The notes under the pieces: model-generated
What the model was told of the DNA's origin: nothing
Databases searched by the model: none
What the model saw: the letters and a program-made list of their open reading frames with translations, nothing else
Part shown: positions 33,356-42,057 of the stretch, in pieces
Layout: every line of letters starts with the position of its first letter
Numbering within the stretch: position 1 is the stretch's first letter
IMG/VR virus record: IMGVR_UViG_3300017644_000127
Span: 1-51,658 of that record
Reading direction: 5' to 3' (one strand)
Source of the DNA: a virus
Lineage: Duplodnaviria; Caudoviricetes
Length of the DNA: 51,658 bases
Translations under genes and position numbers: made by a program

Positions 33356-35853
33356 GCGGCCTCGCGATCGGTTTCGAGCGCATCGAACAGGCTCGGGATG
33401 GCAATCTCTCGCTCCATCGCCTCCAGGTATTTGATGCCGTCGAGGAAATAGCCGCCGTTGAGTTCGACGGCGCGACCGCGACGCCCCAGCTTGAGCGCCC
33501 GGTACGGTACCGTGAACAGACCGCCGAAGGGATCGAACACGAGTTCGCCCTTGGCCGAGAAGCGGTTGATAAGCCGATCGACGATGTCGAACTGCAGAGG
33601 GCAGATGTGGAACTCGAGCCCCTTCCGCGACTGCTCGCCGTTAAGGGTCCGCATCCGGTTGACGTCGTGCCAAGTCCAAGGCGCCGTCGCGCCGGGTGCA
33701 AGCGCCATGAAGGTCGAGGGCAGCGCGCCGCGCTTTTCTAGGGCTTCGCCAACCTTGATATGCGTCTCGTAGTCATAGACGTTCTTCAGGGTCCATTCCG
33801 TGAACGTCTTCGCCAGCTTATCCGGCCCCATCGACGCCAGTTCTTCCGGCGTCAGAAGCCGTTCGCCAGAAGACCGCCAGAACGCATGTGCGTCGACCTG
33901 CCAGCGGGCAAGGCTGTAATCCTCCTTGGCCTTCCTTACCGGGTCGTCGGCGTAGCCCTTCCCCCGGTCCGACTGCGGCGCGCGGAGGATCAGTACGTAC
34001 TCCGGCGATCCGACCCCCATCTTGGTCCCGTCCTTCCGCATCTCGGTGTAGCCGAGGCGATAGGTCTGGTTGTTCTCGCGAACGACATCGGTGTTGATTT
34101 GGACCATGCCGAGATAGTCGAAGCCATGCCCGAGGCAGTGGAACAGCGTCTTGGCGTGGAACGGGTTGACGGTCGGGACGCCCTTGCCGGTCACGTTTCC
34201 AAACAGGATCCGGTCCTTCACATGGCAGGCGTAGATGCGGCCTGGCTTCAGGATGCGCAGCAACTCCGGCGTCAGATAATCCATCTGCGCGAAGAAATGC
34301 TCGTCGCTGTCGGTATGGCCGAAGTCGTTGTAGCTCGGCGTGTACTCATAGTGATTGCTGAACGGGATCGAGGTTACAATCAGATCGACCGAAGCGTCCG
34401 GCATCGATCGGACTTCCTCGACGCAATCATTGTTGGCGACCAGCCAACCCTCGCCCTTGGCCTCGATCCGCTCAACTCCGATGGATCTGGTGAGTGCGTC
34501 CGCGGCGGACAGCTGATCAAGGCCATGCTCGCGGATGATTTCGGTCATTTTTTCGACCATCTGGTCATGCCTCTCCCATTTGGCTTGGAGCGTGCGCAGG
34601 ACCTCGCGCTCGCTCTCGGCGTAGATGATGTGGATTTCGACCGGCCAGCTCTGCAGGAAGCGGTGAACGCGATGCACCGCCTGAATGAAGTCGTTGAACT
34701 TGAAGCCGATGCCGAGGAACACTGCCTTGTGGCAGTGGCGTTGGAAGTTGCAGCCCGAACCGGCAATCACCGGCTTTGCGGCGAGGTATTGGAACTTCCC
34801 CTCACTGAAATCGATGATCGACTGCTCTCGCGAGTCCAGGTCCTGCGATCCGTAGACCGAGACAGCGCCGGGCACGGCCGCTTCAATCGCGCGGCGCTCA
34901 TCCTCGAGGTCATGCCAGAGGATGAAATGATCATCGGGAGCCCCGTCGAGGATATCGCGCATCTTGGCGATGCGGGCGCCGAGCGTGTCGCGCTTCTCCT
35001 TCGAGGCGCCGACAACACCAATGGCACTGTCACGGAACAGAAGAGCTTGGCCGTCACGATCCTCGCCGCCGTCGGCAAGGTTCGTCTGGACCTCGTGATA
35101 GATGACCTTGAACGGCGGCAGGTCGTAGCCCTCGTTCGAGTATCCGAGATCCGACGGCCGCTGCAGGAAGATCGCCCAGGAGTTCAGCCAAAGCCAGAAC
35201 TCCCGCTCCTTGTGCGGATAGAGCGTCAGGTTGTTCGCCTGAGTGCTGTCGCGCTGGAAGAAGCGCGTCAGCGCCTGCCCCGTGTCCATGATGCCGAGGA
35301 AGCCGGCATAGTGGATCAGCTCCTTGTATCGGTTCGGCGACGGCGTGGCGGTTGCGACGAAACGGAAGCGCGACGCCGAGAACAGCGAGAGGAACGTCTG
35401 GTAGGTCTTCGAGCCATAAGACCGAAGAACCGACGCCTCGTCGAGGCTGACCGCCTGGAACTCGTTCGGATCGAGCTTCCCGTCGCGGATCGTCTCGTAG
35501 TTCGTTATGTAGAGGCCGGTTTCCCCTGCCTCATCGATCCGGCGAATGAACTTGATGTCGAGGCCGAGCATCTTGCCATCGCGGCGGAACTCCTGCCGCA
35601 CGCCAAGGGGCAGAATTATCAGCCCTCGCCCCTGAACCTTCTCCGTCACGATGCGGAGGATCTCGATCTGCATCACGGATTTGCCGAGCCCAAACGCCGC
35701 GAAGATCGCGCGCCGGCCGCCGCGGACTGCCCACTTCACGATGTCGCGCTGGTGCGGCTTCAGCATCGGGTTCACGTTGGCGTCTTCGATCTCGAACCCG
35801 GAGACCGGCGCCAGGCGCACCTTGGCCTTGAGGAAATCGGCATAGGCGTTCAT
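33352..35853 (-). CDS. SNF2-like helicase fused to an N4/N6 DNA methyltransferase
   Basis: FGLGKS, LDEAS, ATATPSPN, HRVHRF helicase motifs; TSIPF and VFDPFGG methyltransferase motifs; ATG 35853. Confidence 0.88.
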   Translation of the reverse strand: MNAYADFLKAKVRLAPVSGFEIEDANVNPMLKPHQRDIVKWAVRGGRRAIFAAFGLGKSVMQIEILRIVTEKVQGRGLIILPLGVRQEFRRDGKMLGLDIKFIRRIDEAGETGLYITNYETIRDGKLDPNEFQAVSLDEASVLRSYGSKTYQTFLSLFSASRFRFVATATPSPNRYKELIHYAGFLGIMDTGQALTRFFQRDSTQANNLTLYPHKEREFWLWLNSWAIFLQRPSDLGYSNEGYDLPPFKVIYHEVQTNLADGGEDRDGQALLFRDSAIGVVGASKEKRDTLGARIAKMRDILDGAPDDHFILWHDLEDERRAIEAAVPGAVSVYGSQDLDSREQSIIDFSEGKFQYLAAKPVIAGSGCNFQRHCHKAVFLGIGFKFNDFIQAVHRVHRFLQSWPVEIHIIYAESEREVLRTLQAKWERHDQMVEKMTEIIREHGLDQLSAADALTRSIGVERIEAKGEGWLVANNDCVEEVRSMPDASVDLIVTSIPFSNHYEYTPSYNDFGHTDSDEHFFAQMDYLTPELLRILKPGRIYACHVKDRILFGNVTGKGVPTVNPFHAKTLFHCLGHGFDYLGMVQINTDVVRENNQTYRLGYTEMRKDGTKMGVGSPEYVLILRAPQSDRGKGYADDPVRKAKEDYSLARWQVDAHAFWRSSGERLLTPEELASMGPDKLAKTFTEWTLKNVYDYETHIKVGEALEKRGALPSTFMALAPGATAPWTWHDVNRMRTLNGEQSRKGLEFHICPLQFDIVDRLINRFSAKGELVFDPFGGLFTVPYRALKLGRRGRAVELNGGYFLDGIKYLEAMEREIAIPSLFDALETDREAA

Positions 35854-35954
35854 TTCGCGCCTCCGATCACGGCGACCAAGATCACGCTGCCAGTGACAGA
35901 CGCTGCCAGGAGGCAGGCAAACCAGCGCTTCTGAGAGGTGGTGAGGGATTGCAT
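35850..35954 (-). CDS. 34-aa single-TM peptide
   Basis: MQSLTTSQKRWFACLLAASVTGSVILVAVIGGAK; ATGA overlap with the methylase start. Confidence 0.5.
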   Translation of the reverse strand: MQSLTTSQKRWFACLLAASVTGSVILVAVIGGAK

Positions 35955-36021
35955 TTCGTGTCTCGGTGGGGAGATGCGCCACTGAGGCAGGCGCCCGCCA
36001 CTCGACTGGAAAGGGGAAGGC

Positions 36022-36573
36022 CTATGCGGCCTGGTCGACTTCGAACGGATCGTCCTTCTTGATCAGCTCGTCCTTGGCGCGGTTCCGCTTCTCCATGGCT
36101 GACTGAAGAGCGATGCGGGCAGCCTTCTGCTCCTCTTCCCACCCTTTCGCCCAAGCCTTTCCGTTGGCTGTGTGCTCGTCATACGGGTTAGATCCCTCAC
36201 CCGTCGCACCCGCCTTTCGTCCAAGCTTGCGCGCTAGGTCTTCACCGTGTTCCCGCGAAAAGTCGCCGAACATGTCAGGCTGGAAATCGACCGGCAGAGC
36301 GAACCAGGCTGCGATTTCGGCCGAGCGCTTCATGCGATCGACCATGATGCTGCCGTCTTCGATCTCGGCACACCGAAGGGCGTGATCGATCTCCCATCCC
36401 GCGATCTTGTCGGCCTTGGCCAGTTTGCGAAGACGCTTGTATTCGGCCTGGGCCGCTTTCACGACCTCGTGCTGTGCGGCGATCGGTTTGAAGTGATCCA
36501 TGAAGAGCGCCTTGCGCTCCTCGGGGGTCAAATCACTGTTGTGGCCAACTTCGGCCTTAGCTGCCTTTGCCAT
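36022..36573 (-). CDS. Hypothetical protein, GapR/DUF2312-like N-terminus
   Basis: GHNS then helical KRLRKLAKAD; C-terminal NPY...W.KGW motif. Confidence 0.55.
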   Translation of the reverse strand: MAKAAKAEVGHNSDLTPEERKALFMDHFKPIAAQHEVVKAAQAEYKRLRKLAKADKIAGWEIDHALRCAEIEDGSIMVDRMKRSAEIAAWFALPVDFQPDMFGDFSREHGEDLARKLGRKAGATGEGSNPYDEHTANGKAWAKGWEEEQKAARIALQSAMEKRNRAKDELIKKDDPFEVDQAA

Positions 36574-36590
36574 GCTCAGTTTTCCCTTTC

Positions 36591-36797
36591 TCACCACGTC
36601 ACCGTGGCGCGCTGGATGGTTGGTTTGTCGGTGATCGCCATGCTGCTGGCGTCGTAGGCGAAGATCGCAGCGAGGATCGCGGCGGCGGCCCCTGCGAACA
36701 CGAGCACCATCCGACGCCTACCGGTTCGCTGGCTGAGCATTTCGCCCAGCGACAAGATCTGCGAGGCCAGCCAATACCGGATGGGCCGTAGTACCAT
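36591..36797 (-). CDS. Small membrane hypothetical protein
   Basis: GAGG RBS; one TM segment. Confidence 0.45.
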   Translation of the reverse strand: MVLRPIRYWLASQILSLGEMLSQRTGRRRMVLVFAGAAAAILAAIFAYDASSMAITDKPTIQRATVTW

Positions 36798-37107
36798 TGC
36801 GTTGTTCCTCGTAAGTCGCCTCGGCCCGATCGCCGAACTCCTGCCAATGGGCCTGGAACACAGCCATCCAGCGCGAGACCTTCATCTCGCGAGGGGGACG
36901 GTTCCAGCACTGGAGGATGATGTTGGAAGGAACCCGGAGCCGGGTCTGCAGGCGGTCCGCTGCCGCCTCGATGGTGTCGCCCGGACCACGGTGCTCCTTC
37001 TTCAAGAGCTCCGTCGACATGCGTTTGGCCTCCTGGCCAAGCCACACCGGGTCGTCGATACGCGTTACAGACATTTTGTCGCCCCTGTCAGAGCATTTGT
37101 CACGCAT
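36718..37107 (-). CDS. Phage hypothetical protein, possible CII-like regulator
   Basis: HRGPGDTIEAAADRL HTH-like motif; position in the early operon. Confidence 0.55.
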   Translation of the reverse strand: MRDKCSDRGDKMSVTRIDDPVWLGQEAKRMSTELLKKEHRGPGDTIEAAADRLQTRLRVPSNIILQCWNRPPREMKVSRWMAVFQAHWQEFGDRAEATYEEQRNGTTAHPVLAGLADLVAGRNAQPANR

Positions 37108-37449
37108 GACATTTCCTCTTCGCTATCTCTGTGCGTGTCAGAGACAGCGACTAAGCCGGTCGAACCGGCAGAAAAGACGAGGTCGAGAAATGGATCGAAC
37201 CACGAAGCGCCAACCTCATCGTTCGATCCAACTTTCGCTGCCGTTGCACCTGCCAGTGCGACGGAGAATGGTTGCCGATAATCAAGATGATCCATTCGCA
37301 TCAGCACCCTACCCGACGCGCCGCGTCTTCACGGGTGAGAGGCCGAATGTTGTCAGGCTGGGCCTGACGCTCGCGGACGCAATTGCCCGCGACGGCCCAG
37401 GCTACGATTAGGCCAGCCACGAACGCCGCGATATGGGTGAGTGCCGCGA

Positions 37450-37761
37450 TCATTCTGGCACCCTAAGAACTACGATTGAACGGGCGCGGCCCGGCATGTG
37501 GGTGATGTATCCCCGCTCGGCCAGCGCGTTGATGATGCGATTGACACCCGACTTTGATCCGAGACCAATGCCGTCTGCGATCTCGCTAAAGGTGGGCGCA
37601 ACTACTCGTTTCTTCTGGTAGTCGATTATGAAGTCGAGGACTTGCCGCTGCCGAACAGTGAGACCGCCGACGGGCTTCTGATCCAGCTGGCGCCTTACCT
37701 CGTGGGCCAGCTTAGGATTGGTTCGGATCAACTCGGAGGCGGCATGGGCGAGTGGGGTCAT
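37450..37761 (-). CDS. LexA DNA-binding-domain-only protein
   Basis: LTVRQRQVLDFI...PTFSEIADGIGLGSKSGVNRIINALAERGYI...RARSI; no peptidase domain. Confidence 0.85.
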   Translation of the reverse strand: MTPLAHAASELIRTNPKLAHEVRRQLDQKPVGGLTVRQRQVLDFIIDYQKKRVVAPTFSEIADGIGLGSKSGVNRIINALAERGYITHMPGRARSIVVLRVPE

Positions 37762-39257
37762 GCCGCCTCCACCTTTTCCGCCATCAGCTTTTTGCAAGGT
37801 CCGCAATGCTCACGACCGGTACCGCCGCATTTCTCGAGATCGTCGAGATGCTGACAGAACGGCCGGATGCGACGGATCATGTCCGCCTTGGAAAGGGTTG
37901 CCCCGGAGGCGGGAGGAGGAGCGACCTCCGGGGCTGCAGTCGCCTGCCGTGCTGGGGACGCAGCGGGGTTGGCAGGCATCTGGGAATTTCGGGGAGCGGG
38001 AGAGACCACCGCCTCTCCATCCGTCGATCGCTCCCCCTCAGGTTGGCGCGTAACCTGCGCCTGGTATTTTTCTGCCGCTGTTCCCGATGGTCCCTTGCGG
38101 GCTCCGTCCATCGATGGGGCTTCGGGCTTGCTGATCGGATTGGCCCCGGATGGTGGCGTTCCGACCGTCTGCCGCTCGCGGCTCTCCCCACTCAAATTCG
38201 TTGCGCCGACTTTCACGGCGCTGCTGGCGCGCTCCGCGCGGCGATCTACATCATCGCCTCCCGTGCCAGTGGCTGGATTGCTCTCTGTGAAGATGACACC
38301 GCTCACCCGCAGGTAGGCGATGAATGCTTCGCGGTCTTCGTCGGTCGCTTCGGTCCAGAGCGCGACCAGTTCGTCGAAGATGTTGCGGAGATTGGTGGGG
38401 AGGTCGGCCGAAGCCGCCTCCCCTTCGTGGCGGCCCTCACGATCCGCAGGCGTCCCGGTTCCTGTCCCGGCAAGGGAGGCTTCGGCCTGCGGACCTGCCT
38501 CCGGGGATGGCTCATCGCTTATCGAGGGCCTCGGTGCATTCTTGCGGCTGGCATTGATGCCGGCCGTCTTCATGGTGGCGACGGTGCCGTGTTTGGATCG
38601 GAACTTGCGGCCACGGCTATCACTGGCTACATCGCCAGTGATCCGCTCCACGCGGGGGTCATCGAACACCGCTTCCCTGCCCGGACGGAACTTGCCTCCG
38701 GCGTCGCGGGCTTCTCCTCGGTAGAACGCTCGGATGTCAGCCTTTACACGCGCGACGGTCGTATGGTGCACTTTGCACCGACGAGCGATCTCCCGATCCG
38801 ACCACGCGCCCCACTCTTCGTCTTCAAGGAGGCGCATGATCGCCCGGCGACGATCGGCATCGGTTCGCTGCAAGCCATGCGCATGGTTGACGCCGACGCT
38901 GTAGAGGACGGCGTCGCGCAGACCGCCTTGATGGATTTCGCAGCGGATCTCTGTGCGGCCAATGCCTCGCGCGGCGTAAACGCGGTGGAACCCATCAGCG
39001 AGCCAATACTTCGATCCATCGTGGAAGACGGTCACTGGCGGGAAGATGTCTCCCCGCTCCATGGCTTCCTGGTAGTCCTTCCAGACGTCGGTCTTGATGT
39101 ACTTGCGCGGCTGGGCCTGAGTGTCCGCAGCTATCAGGGCAAGAGGTACATCCTCGATTACGTGTTCGTTGAGCGTGGCCCGCGACTGCGTACCACCGTC
39201 GATATGGATGGTGTCGAGGGCGAGGCCGTGTTCGTCGGTTGGCTGAGTGCGGATCAT
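37758..39257 (-). CDS. ParB/Srx-like N-terminal domain + HTH protein with long disordered C-terminus
   Basis: FPPVTV, LADGFHRV, N.AHGL.R...DRRRA, WSDREIARRCKV. Confidence 0.8.
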   Translation of the reverse strand: MIRTQPTDEHGLALDTIHIDGGTQSRATLNEHVIEDVPLALIAADTQAQPRKYIKTDVWKDYQEAMERGDIFPPVTVFHDGSKYWLADGFHRVYAARGIGRTEIRCEIHQGGLRDAVLYSVGVNHAHGLQRTDADRRRAIMRLLEDEEWGAWSDREIARRCKVHHTTVARVKADIRAFYRGEARDAGGKFRPGREAVFDDPRVERITGDVASDSRGRKFRSKHGTVATMKTAGINASRKNAPRPSISDEPSPEAGPQAEASLAGTGTGTPADREGRHEGEAASADLPTNLRNIFDELVALWTEATDEDREAFIAYLRVSGVIFTESNPATGTGGDDVDRRAERASSAVKVGATNLSGESRERQTVGTPPSGANPISKPEAPSMDGARKGPSGTAAEKYQAQVTRQPEGERSTDGEAVVSPAPRNSQMPANPAASPARQATAAPEVAPPPASGATLSKADMIRRIRPFCQHLDDLEKCGGTGREHCGPCKKLMAEKVEAA

Positions 39258-39496
39258 GCCGCGTTCTCCACCACCGGCCGCGCAACGTTAGCGGGCCAGT
39301 CCGCATCTTCGGGCCAGTTTGCTGAAAACCAGGCAATGGCCGCATTGAAGCGACCGACCGTGATGTCTGCCCCATTTCGGATGGCGGTGAGCTTCTTGCT
39401 GTCGCCAAACACCCGATGGCTGAGCGTCACTTCCTTGACCGAAGTGGCTGCGATGAATGCGTCGGCGAGGCCGAGAAGGTGCGCGATTTCTGTCAT
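39254..39496 (-). CDS. Cro-like repressor
   Basis: Small HTH-type protein divergent from the CI-like gene, first gene of the leftward early operon. Confidence 0.75.
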   Translation of the reverse strand: MTEIAHLLGLADAFIAATSVKEVTLSHRVFGDSKKLTAIRNGADITVGRFNAAIAWFSANWPEDADWPANVARPVVENAA

Positions 39497-39509
39497 GGCG
39501 CTACCTTGT

Positions 39510-39582
39510 CGGTTATTTTACCGCTGCTGTCAACGGTTTTCTTACCGCTCGCTGCAGCTCGCCGTTGGCGGTAATTTCACCG
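39510..39582. promoter_or_regulatory. Three operators CGGT-N6-ACCG in the cro/cI intergenic region
   Basis: CGGTTATTTTACCG 39510-39523, CGGTTTTCTTACCG 39534-39547, CGGTAATTTCACCG 39569-39582; minus-strand TTGACA at 39528-39533. Confidence 0.85.
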
Positions 39583-39583
39583 C

Positions 39584-40003
39584 ATGATCGACCTGGCCCA
39601 AATCATTGAGAAAATAGAGGCTCGCATAGCTGAGCTTGGGATGACCGCGGCCGAAGTTTCCGCCAAGGCGACGGACTCCAAAGACACAATCCGGAATTGG
39701 AAAAGGGCGGTCGAGGCCGATCGGCGGAACGGGACGAATAAGGCGAGCGCAACCACGATCAAACTAAACCAGGTTGAGGCCGTGCTTGGGATCGAACTCG
39801 CCCGGAATGGAAGTGGCGCCACGCCGGAGGCTCAGTTGCGGTCTGCTCTACTCGCCTTCGGTGTCGATGCAGAAGACCTGGGCCGGGCAGTTTCTTCTGT
39901 CAAAGTGTTCGTCGACGACCACGACGAGCAATCATCACAAGGCCTTCATCGTGATCAATCCTCACCATCCAATGGCCGCCGTGAAGTAGAGCCATCAAGG
40001 TAG
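39584..40003 (+). CDS. CI-like XRE repressor lacking an S24 peptidase domain
   Basis: IEARIAELGMTAAEVS.KA...DTIRNWKR HTH; 139 aa; ATG directly after the third operator, no SD. Confidence 0.75.
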   Translation: MIDLAQIIEKIEARIAELGMTAAEVSAKATDSKDTIRNWKRAVEADRRNGTNKASATTIKLNQVEAVLGIELARNGSGATPEAQLRSALLAFGVDAEDLGRAVSSVKVFVDDHDEQSSQGLHRDQSSPSNGRREVEPSR

Positions 40004-40130
40004 AGATCTCGGCAGCTTTCCTCTTTACGACAATCCTTGGATCTAGCGGGGCGGCGGCACCAGCCGCTTCTCGCAGCTCAGCGACTATCTCCTCGTTCCG
40101 CGTTTCGTAACGCGGCCTATATTCGATCAT
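39900..40130 (-). CDS. Small protein under a LexA box, candidate antirepressor
   Basis: GGGGAAG RBS, ATG 40130; SOS box about 80 nt upstream; converges on and overlaps the cI 3' end. Confidence 0.55.
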   Translation of the reverse strand: MIEYRPRYETRNEEIVAELREAAGAAAPLDPRIVVKRKAAEISTLMALLHGGHWMVRIDHDEGLVMIARRGRRRTL

Positions 40131-40211
40131 GACTTCCCCGCCCACTAACCAGCCGCCCGCGGCGAAACGAACTCAGTAAACTGCCTGCTCAAAGTACCAC
40201 CCCTGCGATGA

Positions 40212-40226
40212 GAACATAATAGGAAC
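40212..40226 (-). promoter_or_regulatory. Alphaproteobacterial LexA (SOS) box
   Basis: GAAC-ATAATAG-GAAC (GTTC-N7-GTTC on minus), downstream of minus-strand TTGACA at 40243-40248. Confidence 0.75.
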
Positions 40227-40325
40227 ATCTACCTAGCCGACGTGTCAACCGCCGGCTGTCACAGCGCGTTTCGAGTTGTGATTTTTCCTCCTCCTCGAGG
40301 GCCGTCCGCAGGCCCTAACGAATTG

Positions 40326-40805
40326 CTACATACCGTTAGGATCGGTGTCTACAATTGAAGTGTCCAAAATGGACAGTTCGCGCATTGCTTGCCGAACCAC
40401 ACGCTCAATTGCCTCAAAGAAAGCGTCCGTTTCAGGCGTCGATGACCGGAAAGAATAGACTATCCGGCGCCCTACACGTCTCTGGTTGATGTTTCCGCGT
40501 CGCTGCATCGCGGACAGGTGCCTGTGGACAGAAGTCCTCGGCAGCGTCGTTACTGCCGAGATCTGGGTCGCATCCATCGGACGTCCCTCGTACTGCCCCA
40601 CGCGGATCGCAAAAGAGACCAAGGTTTCCTCTGTGGGCACGCTACGAGATGTCGCGACCGAATGAAGGTCCAGCATCAATCGCAGAAGGATGCATCGGAC
40701 TTGCTTTTGATGATGGGACGCGTCTGGCAATTTGGGGCAGCACCTCTGAACGCCCCCTCGCCGATGGTTCCACTTTTGTCGATATTGTGGAACCATTTCT
40801 AGCAC
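40326..40805 (-). CDS. Winged-helix HTH protein (start uncertain)
   Basis: PMDATQISAVTTLPRTSVHRHLSAM..RG.I.QRRVGRRIVY. Confidence 0.7.
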   Translation of the reverse strand: MLEMVPQYRQKWNHRRGGVQRCCPKLPDASHHQKQVRCILLRLMLDLHSVATSRSVPTEETLVSFAIRVGQYEGRPMDATQISAVTTLPRTSVHRHLSAMQRRGNINQRRVGRRIVYSFRSSTPETDAFFEAIERVVRQAMRELSILDTSIVDTDPNGM

Positions 40806-40831
40806 TTAATGTTTCAGCGATAAGTCGGGGC

Positions 40832-41104
40832 ATGTCCAAGCAACCGCCCCACAGTTTCCACCTCCGATTGCCGGAAGACGTCCTGTCGTTCCTGATGGAT
40901 GAGAAAGGCAGCAATAGCCTGAACGGGGAGATCATCGATCGGCTACGCGGGACGATGGCGCAGCGTGACGCGGACAGGCTCGGGGCCGCGCTTCGGCCGA
41001 TCCTCGATCCTTTGGACGACGCCGATCGCGAGGAATTGGTGGCGCTCACGATCAGGGCCTTGCAGATCCTGGCGAAGGGGAGAACGCGCCCACGTCGCAA
41101 GTAG
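40832..41104 (+). CDS. Arc-like ribbon-helix-helix protein
   Basis: FHLRLPEDV...SLNGEIIDRL. Confidence 0.8.
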   Translation: MSKQPPHSFHLRLPEDVLSFLMDEKGSNSLNGEIIDRLRGTMAQRDADRLGAALRPILDPLDDADREELVALTIRALQILAKGRTRPRRK

Positions 41105-41107
41105 GCC

Positions 41108-41440
41108 TTAGCCTTTCGCCTTCTGATACTCGGCGGGGTCTATTCGCCGAACCTCTGACGCAGCTCCAAATGTGCCCGGAATGAACGGTTCTCTCCGCGT
41201 CGGATATCTTCCGCCGTGCTCGTTCGGGCAAAGGGTACGCTGAAGTTTCAGCATATGCGGGAAGAGGGATTTTGTCCGATCCTTGGTAAATTTCGTTCTC
41301 TGCCGGCCAAGCGTGCGTGCCATCCAGTACGCCTGGCGCTCGCTTTTCAGCGCATCGACATCAACGCCTTTGCGGCGGAGCCAGTCGCGCAGGGGATAGA
41401 GCGACTCCGGCCACTCATACGGTTGGAATGCGTGTTTCAT
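41108..41440 (-). CDS. Basic hypothetical protein downstream of the structured non-coding region
   Basis: ATG 41440 (alternative 41467); Arg/Lys-rich. Confidence 0.55.
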   Translation of the reverse strand: MKHAFQPYEWPESLYPLRDWLRRKGVDVDALKSERQAYWMARTLGRQRTKFTKDRTKSLFPHMLKLQRTLCPNEHGGRYPTRREPFIPGTFGAASEVRRIDPAEYQKAKG

Positions 41441-42015
41441 ACCTGATTTCCAGTCTCTTGTGTTCATCTTCCATAGGCTTCGAAAAGGAGCGTCCTTCAC
41501 ACACTGAAGGCCGTCCTTTCCTGCTGCGCCTTGTCCGCAGCCAAGCATCCGTGAACCTGATTTCCACCCAGCCTGGTGTTTGATTTGGCAGTACCCGTCT
41601 GCCCTTCACCGGCATCCTCCCGCCTGTCCAGCGGTGCGAACGGAACGCGCCGATACGAACTCAAGTGTGAAAAGTTGGCTGGGGTTATTCCTCGCGCGGC
41701 AAGCGTTGATCGAGGACGGGCGCTCCAAGCCCCGTCAGATTCGTCCGGTTCGTGAGGGAGCCGGCAACCTGGGGGAGATTCATGCACCGGATGATCGGCG
41801 CGGCGGGACAATCGCCCGTGAAGACCACCGCCTCGAGCGCTCCAACCGCAATCACTTGGCGGGAACCGCCGAGCAGACCCAAGATGTTGCGATTTTCTGC
41901 GCCGCGACGCGCCTTAATGCTTGTTTCCGAAGGCTCTACTTGATACATAAGCCCTGACTTATCTCAACGTCTCTTTGTGGGCGTCGCGCCCCGGTCGGAT
42001 CATCCCGCCGGGGCT
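41441..42015 (-). ncRNA. Candidate large structured non-coding RNA / leader (family unknown)
   Basis: Eight or more stems, a long-range pairing, two short direct repeats, no convincing ORF. Confidence 0.45.
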
Positions 42016-42023
42016 TTCTTTTT
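41987..42023 (+). terminator. Intrinsic terminator (may end a small antisense RNA)
   Basis: GCCCCGG...CCGGGGC followed by TTTCTTTTT. Confidence 0.8.
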
Positions 42024-42057
42024 ATGCGCGCCGCTCAGCCGGCGCAATACATCTTGT

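Noticed and set aside
33760-35934. 724-aa plus-strand ORF
   Set aside because: Antisense shadow of the SNF2-methyltransferase gene; no recognisable motifs; expected from high-GC codon bias.
37190-37411. Small plus-strand ORF (MDRTTKRQ...) antisense within the early operon
   Set aside because: Has a weak RBS but no recognisable motif; insufficient support to call.
37752-39587. 611-aa plus-strand ORF
   Set aside because: Antisense to the ParB-like and cro genes and runs through the operators; no domain signature.
41497-41957. Short overlapping ORFs on both strands (41580..41957, 41685..41948, 41752..41943, 41497..41811)
   Set aside because: No clear RBS, motifs or coupling; the hairpin density is better explained as RNA structure, though coding cannot be fully excluded.
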